The notes beneath the pieces are model-generated. The model did not search any database. It had not been told where the DNA came from and saw only the letters and a program-made list of their open reading frames with translations. Of a stretch of 64,000 bases of DNA, positions 50,966 to 63,426 are shown one piece after another (position 1 is the first letter of the stretch; each line of letters opens with the position of its first letter). The position numbers and the translations under genes were made by a program. This DNA comes from Octopus vulgaris (taxonomy: Eukaryota), in contig OX597836.1 of the NCBI GenBank assembly GCA_951406725.2, positions 992,001-1,056,000 on the forward strand. The letters run 5' to 3'.

Positions 50966-52882
50966 CTAACAACAACGATAATGATAACATCGCTGTCTAA
51001 TTTTTGCTGCAATAAACTTTATAGAGAAAGACAGCAGCGTGCGTTAGAGGAGTGGGCAGACATGAATAAGAGTGGGAAAAGCTGCCTAAATGTAAATCGA
51101 AGGAACTGAGGAAGAGGGGAAGCTTCAGGAAACTGGGTTTTTCTTGAGTTCAATAATAAAAGGAACACAAAAGTGTTAATCATTAGAAAGAAAAAGGATG
51201 CATTCATAAGAGAGGAGATTAAATGCGAAAGATAAATGGAAGAGTTGATGATAAAGTAACTCTGGAGAAAGAAGAAGAAGAGATTGAGTTATGACTAATG
51301 GTGGATGGTAAAGAGAAGAATAAAGAGTGAGGCAGACAGAAATGATCAAATGATTTCTCTGTGGCATCAATATATATTGATAGGAAAAGAAAATCAATCG
51401 ATCGTATTTGAAATAAAATACATCTACAAAGTAGTATAAAAGGTAAGTTGAAAGGATGCGCGGTATTCGGTAGAATAAATCAAGTTGATTTTTCCATTAT
51501 GAGAAAAGTAGGATCATATTTCTGGTGGATGTATTCTTTCTGCTACAAAATGTATTTGAAGAATACTTAGCCATGACTTGAGAAAGAAAGAAGGAAGGAA
51601 AACATTTCGGAGTTTACGGAATGTAGAAGAAAGTGAAGATGAAGAAGAAGGCGCGAAGAAAGGAATCGGTAAAGAGGAGTGAGACATCTTTATTAAGAAA
51701 TAAGGTTAAACAGCTGATCGGTGTTGGAGGAGAGAACGAAACAGATTGCGATAAAGTGACGGACAAAACAATATTGGTATTGAAAAGACGAAAGTAGCCA
51801 ACAGTGTTTGGTAACAGTTTTCAGTCTTTCTATAGAATATATTTGGAAAGCTCTCAGGACCTGGAGTGTTTTTGACACTTAATGAGTCACGAGCTACACT
51901 CTTATTGGTCACTGGGTGCTTACAAAACTTCGAGAAACTTTCAATACATCAAAGAATTCCAAAGAATTTACACCCGTAAAATTGCAATGCAATCAGCTCG
52001 TAGATAAACTGCATTATCTTAGAATAAGTTTATTCTGGTGACAACTTATTCTGGTGATACTTTTCAAAATTAGCCCCTGTTTTGAATTCAGAAAGTTGGC
52101 AGGAGTTATGAAAATGAAGAACTTTTCAATGAAAAAGAAACCCCAGAAAAACAAAAGGAAAGTTAGTACCGAAATATGCCTTTTCAAATTATGTCATTGA
52201 ACACAGTATGCCAAAATATACCAAACTTTGTGGTCCCGCAGTCGTCTTCTTTTCGTTCTTCGTAGATGAGGTATTTTAATTCGATGAGTGTTCAGTGTTG
52301 TGTATATTTGTCTATAAAATATACATGCGGATAAGTCTAAATAAGTTATTTGCCTCTTGTCTAGCAACTTCAGTTCAACATAATTTATCAACGACTGACG
52401 GAATGGGGCTTCGTTAGTGTTGGCAGAATCCCACATGGACTGGTTAAATGAGAAAACCCGTCGACGTCGTTTTCTGTTGACTGCAAATCAATTTTGATGT
52501 GTTGAGCACAGCTGTGAATAACCGCCATATTGGTGTCAATAGATATTCCGATGTTCCTCTGAACATTTGTGAAGTATCTCAAGCTTCCCTTTAGAAAGTT
52601 CTGCTGGGGTCGGATGTCACACTTGTGCTCTAGAGAGGGTTAAAGAACAACTTGTTGCCCTTCGGCTATTCATGTGGCTTTCGAGGTTTTACAAGATTAT
52701 ATATATATATATATCTATGTGTGTGTGTTTAAATACATAGTTGTATGCCAGATTTCTACCAGGGCGCTCATAAAAGCAAATTGTTGCTGGTCACCGCATA
52801 TCATTCTTCCAAATCTGCCCATTTGACTGTCTGCTGTTGTTATGTTGGCCGTACGCCGCCTAGCGTGGGATAAATATACTAA

Positions 52883-53108
52883 TAACGAGAAATACTTTAC
52901 GGATGGAGATTTTATGCTTTTATTAATGCATTGCTAGATATGATTCGGCACAACAGCAGATCTATAGGATATCGTTAAATATTGTTTATAATATCCGTGG
53001 ACATCTTATGGAGATCGTGAAGCGGTCGCATAAGAATACAAATCATGCTGAAATACAGGTATTAGCAATGCATTTAGAAAAGCACAAAATCCGAGAAGTA
53101 TTTCCCGT

Positions 53109-53110
<2 letters not shown>
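52883..53110. mobile_element. Old MITE-like element with imperfect terminal inverted repeats of about 50 bp
   Basis: TAACGAGAAATACTT...GATTTTATGCTTTTATTAATGCATTGCTA pairs with TAGCAATGCATTTAGAAAAGCACAAAATCCGAGAAGTATTTCCCGTTA. Confidence 0.65.
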
Positions 53111-53163
<53 letters not shown>

Positions 53164-53283
53164 ATGTATGTATATATATATGTATATATATATATATATA
53201 GTTTCATTTCAGTTGGGTACTTAAGTCGAAGCAGCAAGTCAGTCGGTGTTATCCGCACAGCTCGAAGTAAGGTGAATAAAATG

Positions 53284-53345
53284 AAAATAAGCAACAGGAT
53301 ATCAAGTAGCACTGCATCACTACTTGATATCCTGTTGCTTATTTT
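53284..53345. repeat. Perfect 26-bp inverted repeat with 10-nt spacer
   Basis: AAAATAAGCAACAGGATATCAAGTAG-cactgcatca-CTACTTGATATCCTGTTGCTTATTTT. Confidence 0.95.
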
Positions 53346-53465
53346 GAGACGCACACACACACACACACACGCACACACACACACACACACATATGTACCT
53401 ATCTATCTATATGTATGCATGTATGTACATATACATTCAGATATCTGTATATATATATGAATGTA

Positions 53466-53572
53466 CTCTTTTACTCTCTGTTGCCGAACCACTATTTCTG
53501 GGACATAAACACACGAACATCGGTTGTCAAGCGATTGTGGTGGGACAAACACAGATACAAAGACACACACAC

Positions 53573-53611
<39 letters not shown>

Positions 53612-53765
53612 GAACGGCTTCTTTCATTTTCCGTCTACCAAATCCACTCTCAAGGCTTTGGTCGACCCGAAACTTTAGTAGAAGACAATCGCCCAAGGTG
53701 ACACTTAGTGGGATTGAACCCGGAACCTTGTGGTTGAAGAGTAATCTTCTTGCCACGCCTGCGCC
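53466..53765 (-). mobile_element. tRNA-derived SINE family A
   Basis: CATCGGTTGTCAAGCGAT...CCGTCTACCAAATCCACTC...GGGATTGAACCCGGAACC...CCTGCGCC. Confidence 0.87.
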
Positions 53766-54327
53766 TGTAATTGTTGTGTGTGTGTGTATACACATAGGTA
53801 ACACATACATTTATACATATATATAAGTGTGTGTGTGTGTGTGTGTGCGCGCATGTGTGTGTGTATGATGTATGTATAGTATGGCGCCCTTATAATAAGG
53901 CAGTGAACGATTAAAAAACTTAGCATTTGAAGAAATTTAAGGTAAGCGCAGGCGTGGCTTTGTGGCGAAGAAGCTCGCTCTAGAACTACGTGGCGTCGGG
54001 TTTAACCTCATCATCTGGCACCTTGGATAATTTTATTTCTACTTTGGACTCGGAACGACCAGTGCCATATAAAGGAATATACATACATTGATGATATATA
54101 TTCATACGCATTAACACGCATAAACAGGCCTATATATATACGGTGCTGTATGCGTAAATATATTTTATATATACGCACGTGAATATGTGCATCCGTATAT
54201 ACTCATAAAATCCTATATATACGTACTTATATACATGCATGAGTGCACATATATACACGCGCAGATACGCAAATTATACCTGGATGTTTACACACACACA
54301 AACACGTACACATATTTGTGTGTGTGC

Positions 54328-54378
<51 letters not shown>

Positions 54379-55318
54379 GATATATGTGAATACAGACTGT
54401 TCCCACAATATATGTGTCTATGTGTCTGTGTGTCTATGTGGCTCTACACTTCTATATACCCACAGCTTCTTTCACCGATGCACGCAAAATTATAATAAGT
54501 AAATTTCTAAGAAACTATATTTGAATTCGACATTCTTCCAGTTGAAGTCTTGAACAGAACGTTTTCAAAAAATAAACATAACAAATCCGTCTCCTTCTTC
54601 CATAAACCAATTCCATCCAAGTTATTTCTATGCAAGAATTACACAATTTTCGTTTTGCCAGGCAATTTAGGAATTGTCATCTGAAAAGAAGGAAAAATCT
54701 TCTGTGAAACCCAATTTCTTTATAAATCGATCACAAAACAACTGAAGACAGAATTTCTCTCTCATATTCTTCACTTCTCTCTCTCTCTCTCTCCCTCTAA
54801 ACTCCCCCTCTCTCCCTCTAATCACCCCTGCTTCATTTACTTCCCCCACTCTTTATTATTAACATTCAATTTTCTCTGCCTCTCATATTTTATCAATGTA
54901 GTTTGAAAGTCGTTCCAAAGTATGCATTAACAATGTAGAGTTATACACATCAAACACACACACACGTGCGCCATATACATGGGTTCATTCACGCATACAC
55001 ACATATATATATATATATAGATACATATACACATATGCACATACATACATACATGCATATTATATATCTTTCTATGTGTAGAGTTGTATATATAAATATA
55101 TGCACCGATGTGTGTGAGTGAATGCACGTGTGTGTAGAAGTTTTGTGTGCGTATATGTGTATATTTTGTCAGTACATGTGTTTGTATATCTGTGTGTGTG
55201 TATGTGTGTGTGTGTGTGTGTGTGGTGTTGTATGTAAAATCAATCGCTTCGAGCATGAAGTTATTTTGGCTCCAAATTGACTTGGAATTCGAGAATTCAT
55301 TCCCGGTATCATATTGTA

Positions 55319-55353
<35 letters not shown>

Positions 55354-57539
55354 TCATACATACGTACATAAATTCATACACGCACACACACGAATATATG
55401 CACACGCTAATGTATTTATACACGCAGGTATGCATGTGTGTCGTTATGTATCTATACACCTGACTATGAACAATGCGTATATGTGTTTATATAAGCACAT
55501 ACATCTACCTGTATGTATATAAATGCTATTCTATCGCCTCTCTCTCTCACTTCTTCTGTCTCTATTACTCTCTCTCTCTCTCTCTTATATATATATATAT
55601 ATATATATATAAACTCACACACACACACATACGATTTGATAACATTCCTCGCACACACACACACACAGTTATAAACTAGATAAACGGTATCTACTTTGTT
55701 TTCGCTCGATCATTGCACCAGGGACTGCACCCGTCCCTCCTTCCCTCCTTCAATGCGACAGCAAAGTTTGATGTATCAAGGCGCGTGTGCAGCCGACATA
55801 CGAGATAATGTCTGCTGTTATTGAAGTAATCTATCCGAGAAACATTTATCCTTTTATACGCCTTGAAGACGCTGGATTAGCGTCTTGAAGACGTAGAAAG
55901 ATGGAATCTTTTCACCAGGTATTCTTACAGTTGTGTGATCAATGGAACCACCTAATGGCTGTGTGATTATGTACTCCCTCCGTGACCCACTCTTCAACAG
56001 ATAACTCGTGTACTTTTAACGTAAATCTCAAACTAATTCACTCTGTCATGTTTTACCAGTATCAAGATGGCCTCGCCGAATTACAGTTAATGTCCTTCAT
56101 GTATTAAAAGGGATTAAACATTCCTGCATCACGTGCACTCAGCCTAATCTATCCATGGTCGCCATGACGATTTCGCATTAGTAGTTGCTGTGTTGATTCA
56201 TGCACAGGTAACTTAATTCACAGGTAAAAAAAAAATCATTGTAACAACGCTGCTTGTCCCCTTCAAATACAGTTGAACTTGTATTCGAGTGTGAAGTGGT
56301 TGAGTATACCTCAAATACAAACCCTTACCGTGACATCAAGGCAAAACCAAACTAATACAATGTGCTTCTGCTAAAGACATTTTGATGTTTTCGTTTCAAA
56401 TTTGGAATGCTTTCAATTTTTGCAGCTCAACCATTTATTTTCATATAGTATATATAAAATATGTGTGAATATTATATATACATATACACAAATATACATA
56501 CATAGAGATATACATAGGCGTAGGAGAGGCTGCGTGGCACCTTGGGCAAGTGTCTTATACTATAGCTTCAGATCCCATCTATGATCGCTAATTTTGTGTC
56601 TTTATTCATATGCATATGTCGGCGGGAAACAGACTGGTGGTTTGCATGTCTGTTTTTAAAATTACCTTCGCGTTAACCAACGTAATTTTTCTTTTGGAAT
56701 TCTTTATTTTGGAGAACTCCCGTGACTTCGGTTTCATAATCCACTGACAGTATCAAGTTCAGCTTTTGTTTGAAGGCATTACACAATAATTTGTGTATTC
56801 ACGTCAATAAACATGAATAGAAAATGGCTTCTTTTTCTGTTTAGTGGAAATGAGTCGCATATTATATTGAGTGTAACCTGTTTCTGTTCTTGTCTGCTGA
56901 TGTGTTTCTCCGCCTCTTCTAAGTGTTCTTGCTTTTTGCCAAGTGAGACAAGGTCGAAAACTAGAGATTTTGACAAAAGAATGAGATTTTGCTGCGTTTT
57001 CACTTTTGTTGCTGTTCTGTCATCGCCGTCATCGATTCTTAGTGGGTTACTAGTTTGTTTTGTTACAAATGCATACAATTTGTTGCTACAGTCGAAATGT
57101 CGGTGGCATTGAATGCTTCGCTGCTGGTAGGTCTTTGACATGGTGTTTTTCTTGCTGTTGTTGTTTTTGCTATCGATATTGTTGCTAGAATTTGCATCAT
57201 TGCAACGTCTGTTGTATTGTGTGGTAGGAGGGGATCATGAAAGAAACTTTCACCTTCGAAACCTCCTCCTGTTTTCTTGTTTTGCTCGGTGGTTGGCAAA
57301 GACGAAACCATTTTGGAAATTTCTTAATTTATTCTTTGTTTTAAAGTTTTGCACCGTGGAGCAACCAACGAAACGGAGTCATCAGTTCATTATGGTTCCT
57401 AATGAACTAACAAAGAAGGTAGAAGAGTAAAATTTATGGCAATTTCCCAGAAAAGAAAACAAGACACGAGTTTACGGAGTTTCCAGAACACACCCCACCT
57501 CGACGATAAATATCCACCACCACCACCACCACCAGCACC

Positions 57540-57578
<39 letters not shown>

Positions 57579-57654
57579 CCTTCCTTCTATTATAGATACG
57601 ATTGTTGAAAGAAGGCTTGCAAGCTCTGTGGAAATCAAGACTTCCAAAGAGTAA

Positions 57655-58158
57655 AGACGTGGTATGATCAAACCCCAGAAGAAGTCACTGAGAATGAGAA
57701 TTGCAAAATCCCTTGAGATGCAATGTTCCAGTGCGATCCTCCGATCAGACATCGGAAACCGGACATTGTTGTGGTGAATAAAAAAGAAAGAACTTATATG
57801 ATAATCGATATAGCATGCCTGGATGACGACAGGATCGATGTGGAAGAAGACGAAAAAATAAACAACTATGAGGATTTGAAGTGGGAAATACGAAAGGTTG
57901 TGGTCAATGAAGAGAGTAGACGTGACACCAGTAGTAATTGGTACACTTTGAAGTATCAGCACTCAACTACCAACATGGCTGAAAAAGATCGGGACAAGTG
58001 TGAAGGTAGAACACCTAGAAAAAGCATCATTGCTTAGAACTGCAAGAATTCTTCGTAAGGTTCTTGAAGCATGACCTGTGAACAAGTGTCACCTTAGTCT
58101 GCTGGCTGTGGACAGCTGACACTTTCCATTACACCCAGCAAAATAAGCTGTGAGTTTT

Positions 58159-58165
<7 letters not shown>
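57655..58165 (+). mobile_element. R4/Dong-like LINE 3' fragment (RLE domain)
   Basis: QCDPPIRHRKPDIVVVNKKERTYMIIDIAC.DD.RI...EDEKINNYEDLKWEI, then after a frameshift TPVVIG...LLRTARILRKVLEA*. Confidence 0.92.
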
Positions 58166-58216
<51 letters not shown>

Positions 58217-58221
58217 GTAAT

Positions 58222-58590
58222 AGATAAAGAGAATAAAAAGTGCCAGATAATTAACTTTACAGTCCCAAATGATGTAAAAAATGAATATGAGGAGTATAGA
58301 AAAAATAGCCAAATACCAGGACCCAGCCATTGAATTACAGAGACTATGGAGAGCGCGGGTAAAATGTATCCCAGTAGTTATTGGTGCATTGGGAATTATC
58401 CTTAAAGATCTGAACAGATGGAGAGAGGAAATAGGGATAAAACCCAGTTTAGTTTAGCTCGAGAAAACAGTGTTATTAGGGACAAATAGGGTACTTAGGA
58501 GGGTTCTTGGCATCTAAGTTGTTTTTTTTTGTAGCCCGATGTTAGGCGTTTTTTCTTTTCCAAGAGTCTAATCTGTTGAGTGTCTTTGAA

Positions 58591-58630
<40 letters not shown>
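58222..58630 (+). mobile_element. Second, divergent R4/Dong-like LINE 3' fragment
   Basis: KIAKYQDPAIELQRLW...CIPVVIGALGII.KDL..W...KTVLLGTNRVLRRVLGI*, followed by an (AAT)n tail. Confidence 0.88.
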
Positions 58631-58631
<1 letters not shown>

Positions 58632-59587
58632 AGGTTCATGTGCAGAAATGTGGAGTGGGTTTAGTAATAAATGAATCTCCATATTTGACTTTATCCCTTC
58701 TTGTGAGATTTTCGGGTGAAACAAAAATGCAAACAACAAGAATAAACAATCTCCAAGAAAATTGCTGAGGCGAGAGAAAGTAAAATTCCCGACAGCTTTT
58801 AAAGAAACAAGAACAAAAATTAATACAAAATGAAACAAGAGAGAAAAACAAAAAATAATTTTCAATATTTTTACATTATGATATAAAAAAAAATTACACT
58901 AAGTGTTTGGGTCAGAGGGTTCAAAGGTTCGATCCACAGGTTGTAAAGCATATGAAAGCAAGTCATATATGTTAGGAAGGATAAAAATATTTTTGATGCA
59001 ATTGTGGTCTGTTTGGATTTTGAAAGCAAACAAAACTGAAGATAACAAAAGAAAATACAAAAAAAAAAATGGTAGATAAAAATAACTGCGAAAGGAAAGT
59101 AAAGGTAAGTTCTGTTGGTTTGTTTGACATTCGAGGATTTAATCTAAAACGTTTCCATTGGAATAGGTCGCAGGTCGAGTTAAGTTGCTGAGAAATGCTT
59201 TATCGCTTTCTCTTTTCTTTGTCTTTCACGGAAGTAAGTATTGAGCACTTCGGTGGTGCACACAAGGAAAGAAAAACAGCGATTAAAGACGTTCACAACA
59301 CACCGACAACTAATATTATGCTACAAACTCACACGCACACACACACACACATGTGTCTATAGGTAGAGAGATTAATTGAGAGAGAGAGAGAGAGATAGAG
59401 AGAGAGAAAGAGAGAGGCAGAGTGTGTATGAGGGTGTAAAGGTGGTTGTGTATGTGTGTGAATGTAAATGAAAGTGAGTTTGTGACATTTAGCGCCAGAT
59501 GAAATTCTCATACACACTGAAAGAAAAATGTGCGAGAAAGTGACAGACACCTGTATATAAACACACACACACGCGCGCGCACACACA

Positions 59588-59629
<42 letters not shown>

Positions 59630-59641
59630 TAGCTAACGTTG

Positions 59642-60290
59642 TAGCTCACTTCCGCTTTTTACAGCAGTGCTTGGAAAGAACGTGTGTAGCGTGTGAAGGT
59701 CGCATTGACCGTGACCGAGAAAGTTGTCATGGCGATACCTGCTTAGAGGTCAAAGCAAAACTGCAGAAAGTGTAATGAGAAGAGTGTCTGAGCCACACAC
59801 GAGAGTACGAGTGGTGCAGGCGTTACTAAGATGGCCAAAAAAATGTCGATATTAACGAACGTTGTGGGAGACACACAACCAGCAGAACGGAGAAAAACAC
59901 ATCGCTAATGTGCGTGCAGCTGTGAGGGGAAATCGTCGAATCCCCATCCGTGAGTTACCAAAGGATGTGCAGATTACTTACGATTCAGTTCAGTCCATCA
60001 TCACTGAAGATTTGGATATGAGATGCGTGTCTGCCAAGTTTGAGCCAAAACTGCTTTCAGCTGACCAAAAGACACTCGGGGTTTCAGTTGCACAAGATCT
60101 CTTTGATTGTGTCGAGAACGATGAAATCTTTTTGAAAACTTTGCGTAGGCCTCTGAGCAGGTATCGCAAAAGTGTGGCAAAATTTGATGCAGATTCTCTG
60201 CTCAACTTCCTCTGTCATGTTCAATGCGACGATCACACGCTACACACCTTCCTTCAAAGCACTGCTGTAAACAGCGGAACTAAGCTAGAA
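59642..60290 (+). mobile_element. mariner-derived fold-back element built from two 5' ends
   Basis: The plus strand encodes the transposase HTH region (VRGNRRIPIREL...VQSIITEDLDMRCVSAKFEPKLLSADQK); the right arm read on the minus strand gives MTEEVEQRICIKFC; arms about 59642-59770 and 60128-60287 are inverted copies. Confidence 0.85.
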
Positions 60291-60330
60291 TATTAAAATT
60301 TAGTGCATATGCATAGCATGTATATGTATA

Positions 60331-60797
60331 CAGTAATCCCTCGACTACCTCCCGCGACAGGTAAAACTCTGGAAAGTAGGAACACTACTGAACCGAATAT
60401 ATATTTTTAAGCATTTTTCTAATTTATATTTATTTATTTTATCATAACTGCAAGACAACACCACACACTCGCCTCCCGAGGTAAGTGCGAATCTTTCTTT
60501 ACTCATTTACGATACATTACGTATTTTCTCTTAATATATTTTAATTAATGTGTTATACAGTGCAGTACTGTACTGTATTACTTATTATTATTAATTTACT
60601 AATTTTTAGGCGTGAAAATGCTTATTTTACCACAGGAATAATTAAAATCTAAAAACAAAAAAAAAAAACCATAAATACCGACCCGCAGCAGAAACCTGCT
60701 AAGTGATGAGGAGTCTGCGATATAGATTTACATAGATGAAGCCAGAAAATTCCGCGATGTGCTGAGTGCACCGCAGGTGAACCGCGATACTACATTG
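60331..60797. mobile_element. Probable pogo/Tigger-type MITE
   Basis: Starts TA-CAGTAATCCCTCG and ends in a degenerate GAACCGCGATA...TGTA; AT-rich non-coding interior. Confidence 0.55.
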
Positions 60798-61164
60798 TAC
60801 CGTTGTAGAAAGGTTCATTCTGGATAGGGTGCTCCTGAGTTCCAGGCACAAAGGAAAAATATGGGCAGATCGGGGGAAGTTTATGATCAATAGCATTCCA
60901 TCTTTGATGACGGTTAACTTAGGATTAAACCAGAGCGACGACGACGACAGGCAAATTGTTGTGTTTCACTCAGAAAGGTTTATAAAAGCCGTGAATGGAA
61001 ACCATTGTTTGAGCCTGTCACGTGTCTCTTGAATTCGGAAGCTTAGCAAATGTTTCAGTTTTTGGTTTTAAATGTTGTGAGCTGCGTCCATGTCTTGCTG
61101 TGTTTGCCGTGATGTGGTGAGGTGCATCTTTATGAAAAGAAGAAAGAGTAAACCATACACAACC

Positions 61165-61197
<33 letters not shown>

Positions 61198-61279
61198 TAT
61201 ATACATATAAATATGTATATATATATATATATATACACATATATATCTATATACATATATATATGAAGGCGCATGTGAA

Positions 61280-61620
61280 GGCGCATGGCTCAGTTGTTAG
61301 AGCGTCGAGCTTACGATCGTGAGGTTGTGAGCTCGAATCCCGGACCGGGCTGCGTGTTGTGTTCTTGAGCAAGGCACTTTATTTCACTTTGCTCCAGTTC
61401 ACTCAGCTGTAGAAATGAGTTGCGACGTCACTGGTGCCAAGCTGTATCGACCTTTGTCTTTCCCTTGGATAACACTGGTGGTGTGGAGAGGGGAGGCTGG
61501 TATGCATGGGCGACTGCTGGTCTTCCATAAAACAACCTTGCCCGGACTTGTGTCTAGGAGGGTAACTTTCTAGGTGCAATCCCATGGTCATTCATGACCG
61601 AAGGGGGTCTTTACCCTTAC
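61280..61620 (+). mobile_element. tRNA-derived SINE family D with CORE-like centre and RTE-derived body
   Basis: A box TGGCTCAGTTGTT, B box GCTCGAATCC, central TTGTGTTCTTGAGCAAGGCACTT; 61421-61550 aligns to 43762-43890; 3' hairpin GGTCATTCATGACC. Confidence 0.9.
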
Positions 61621-61787
61621 ATATATATATATATACACACACATATATATCTATATACATATATATATATACATATAAATATATATATATAGATATTTAT
61701 ATATATACATATATATCTATAAAAATACATATATATATATACATATATATCTATATGTGTGTATGTATGTATGTATGTATGTATCTA

Positions 61788-61829
<42 letters not shown>

Positions 61830-62559
61830 GATAGATGCATATACATACACATACTTACATACGTGTTTATATTTATATATATATATATATATATACACAT
61901 ACATGCATATATATATGTCTATTTGTGTATGTATGTATGTATGTGTGTGTATGTATGCCTGTATGTAAAGAACAGCACAAACCCACGATTTTTAATGATT
62001 GTTAATAGAAAAAGCCGGAGGAAAGTGAATCTTGAAAACCGGCAGCAGACATCGTCGTCGACACAATGGAGTCGATGTAAACACATTTAAAAGCGAAGTC
62101 AAGACAGGATATTATTTCCGATGACACCGAAATAACTCAGATATTTTCAGGAGATAAAAATAAAGAAAATAAATAAATATTTCTACAAATATATGAAAGT
62201 AAAGAAAGAAATGGAACGACGACCAGAAACAAGTGAGCAAACACAAGAGGAATATGTTCTGGGGTTATATATCGGTTCGATGATGTTTGCACGGTATTTG
62301 GGTGGATGCGAGGAAAGTCTTCAACGAATGGTGTTGTAATCTAATCGATAATGGAGGAATTGGTTTACAAAAATGTTATTTTATTTAGCGCATTCATGTT
62401 ACATAATGCTACTTTTGGTAACGAAATGACATACCTGAGACGATTAATTATATGTCTACCTGTCTATCTAGATGCATACGGAAACATAACATATACACAC
62501 ACTCATGCACAGACACACGGACACGCACGCACGCACACACACACACACACACTCACACA

Positions 62560-62593
<34 letters not shown>

Positions 62594-62679
62594 TATGCAG
62601 GCACAAATTCGTGTCTTCACAAACATACATATATGCTTATTTCTTTGTATACACACAAATATATGTGTATATACATACA

Positions 62680-62716
<37 letters not shown>

Positions 62717-62891
62717 TATATACACATGCACATAAATACATGCATACATATAGATATGTATACATACATATATGCACACACGCACACATATATTTAGGTA
62801 ACATATTTGTCAGTAAATAGTTTCCCCCAGGAAGTTGCCAGACTATTCAAGGGCCGCACACATGGAAACATGTACAAGAAGACACCCAAAT

Positions 62892-62945
<54 letters not shown>

Positions 62946-63395
62946 AGTCGAACACATTTACACCTATATTTGATTCAATATTATTGACTGGTCATAAATT
63001 GCTAGAAAACAGCGTGTATTCAATTGTGTGGAAACATTAGAATATATATCAGCCTGAATATGTAAATGCTAATACTTAAGTGCTATGTGTGTGTGTGTGT
63101 GTGCGTGTATACGTGTAAAACATACACATATATAAACATGCATGCATATATGAATATATTACATGTGTACGTAGATATCTAATTTGTACACGTAAATTTG
63201 TATATGCATTATATATATCTATATATAGATATATATATATATGCATATATTCATATGTAATTATGCATAAATACACACATACACACACAGACACATAGGT
63301 ACACATAATACCTTTTCGTTGCCTAGAGATTACGACGCATATGCTAACCCGCACACTTGTGAGAATATAAATGTGATATGCATACAGGCACACGC

Positions 63396-63426
<31 letters not shown>

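Noticed and set aside
52300-52643. GGG-TTAA end suggestive of a piggyBac terminus
   Set aside because: No matching TTAA-CCC left end and no transposase motif found.
61280-61355. tRNA-like sequence with A and B boxes
   Set aside because: It continues directly into a SINE body, has no proper acceptor stem or poly-T terminator, and has a related copy at 10357; it is a SINE head, not a tRNA gene.
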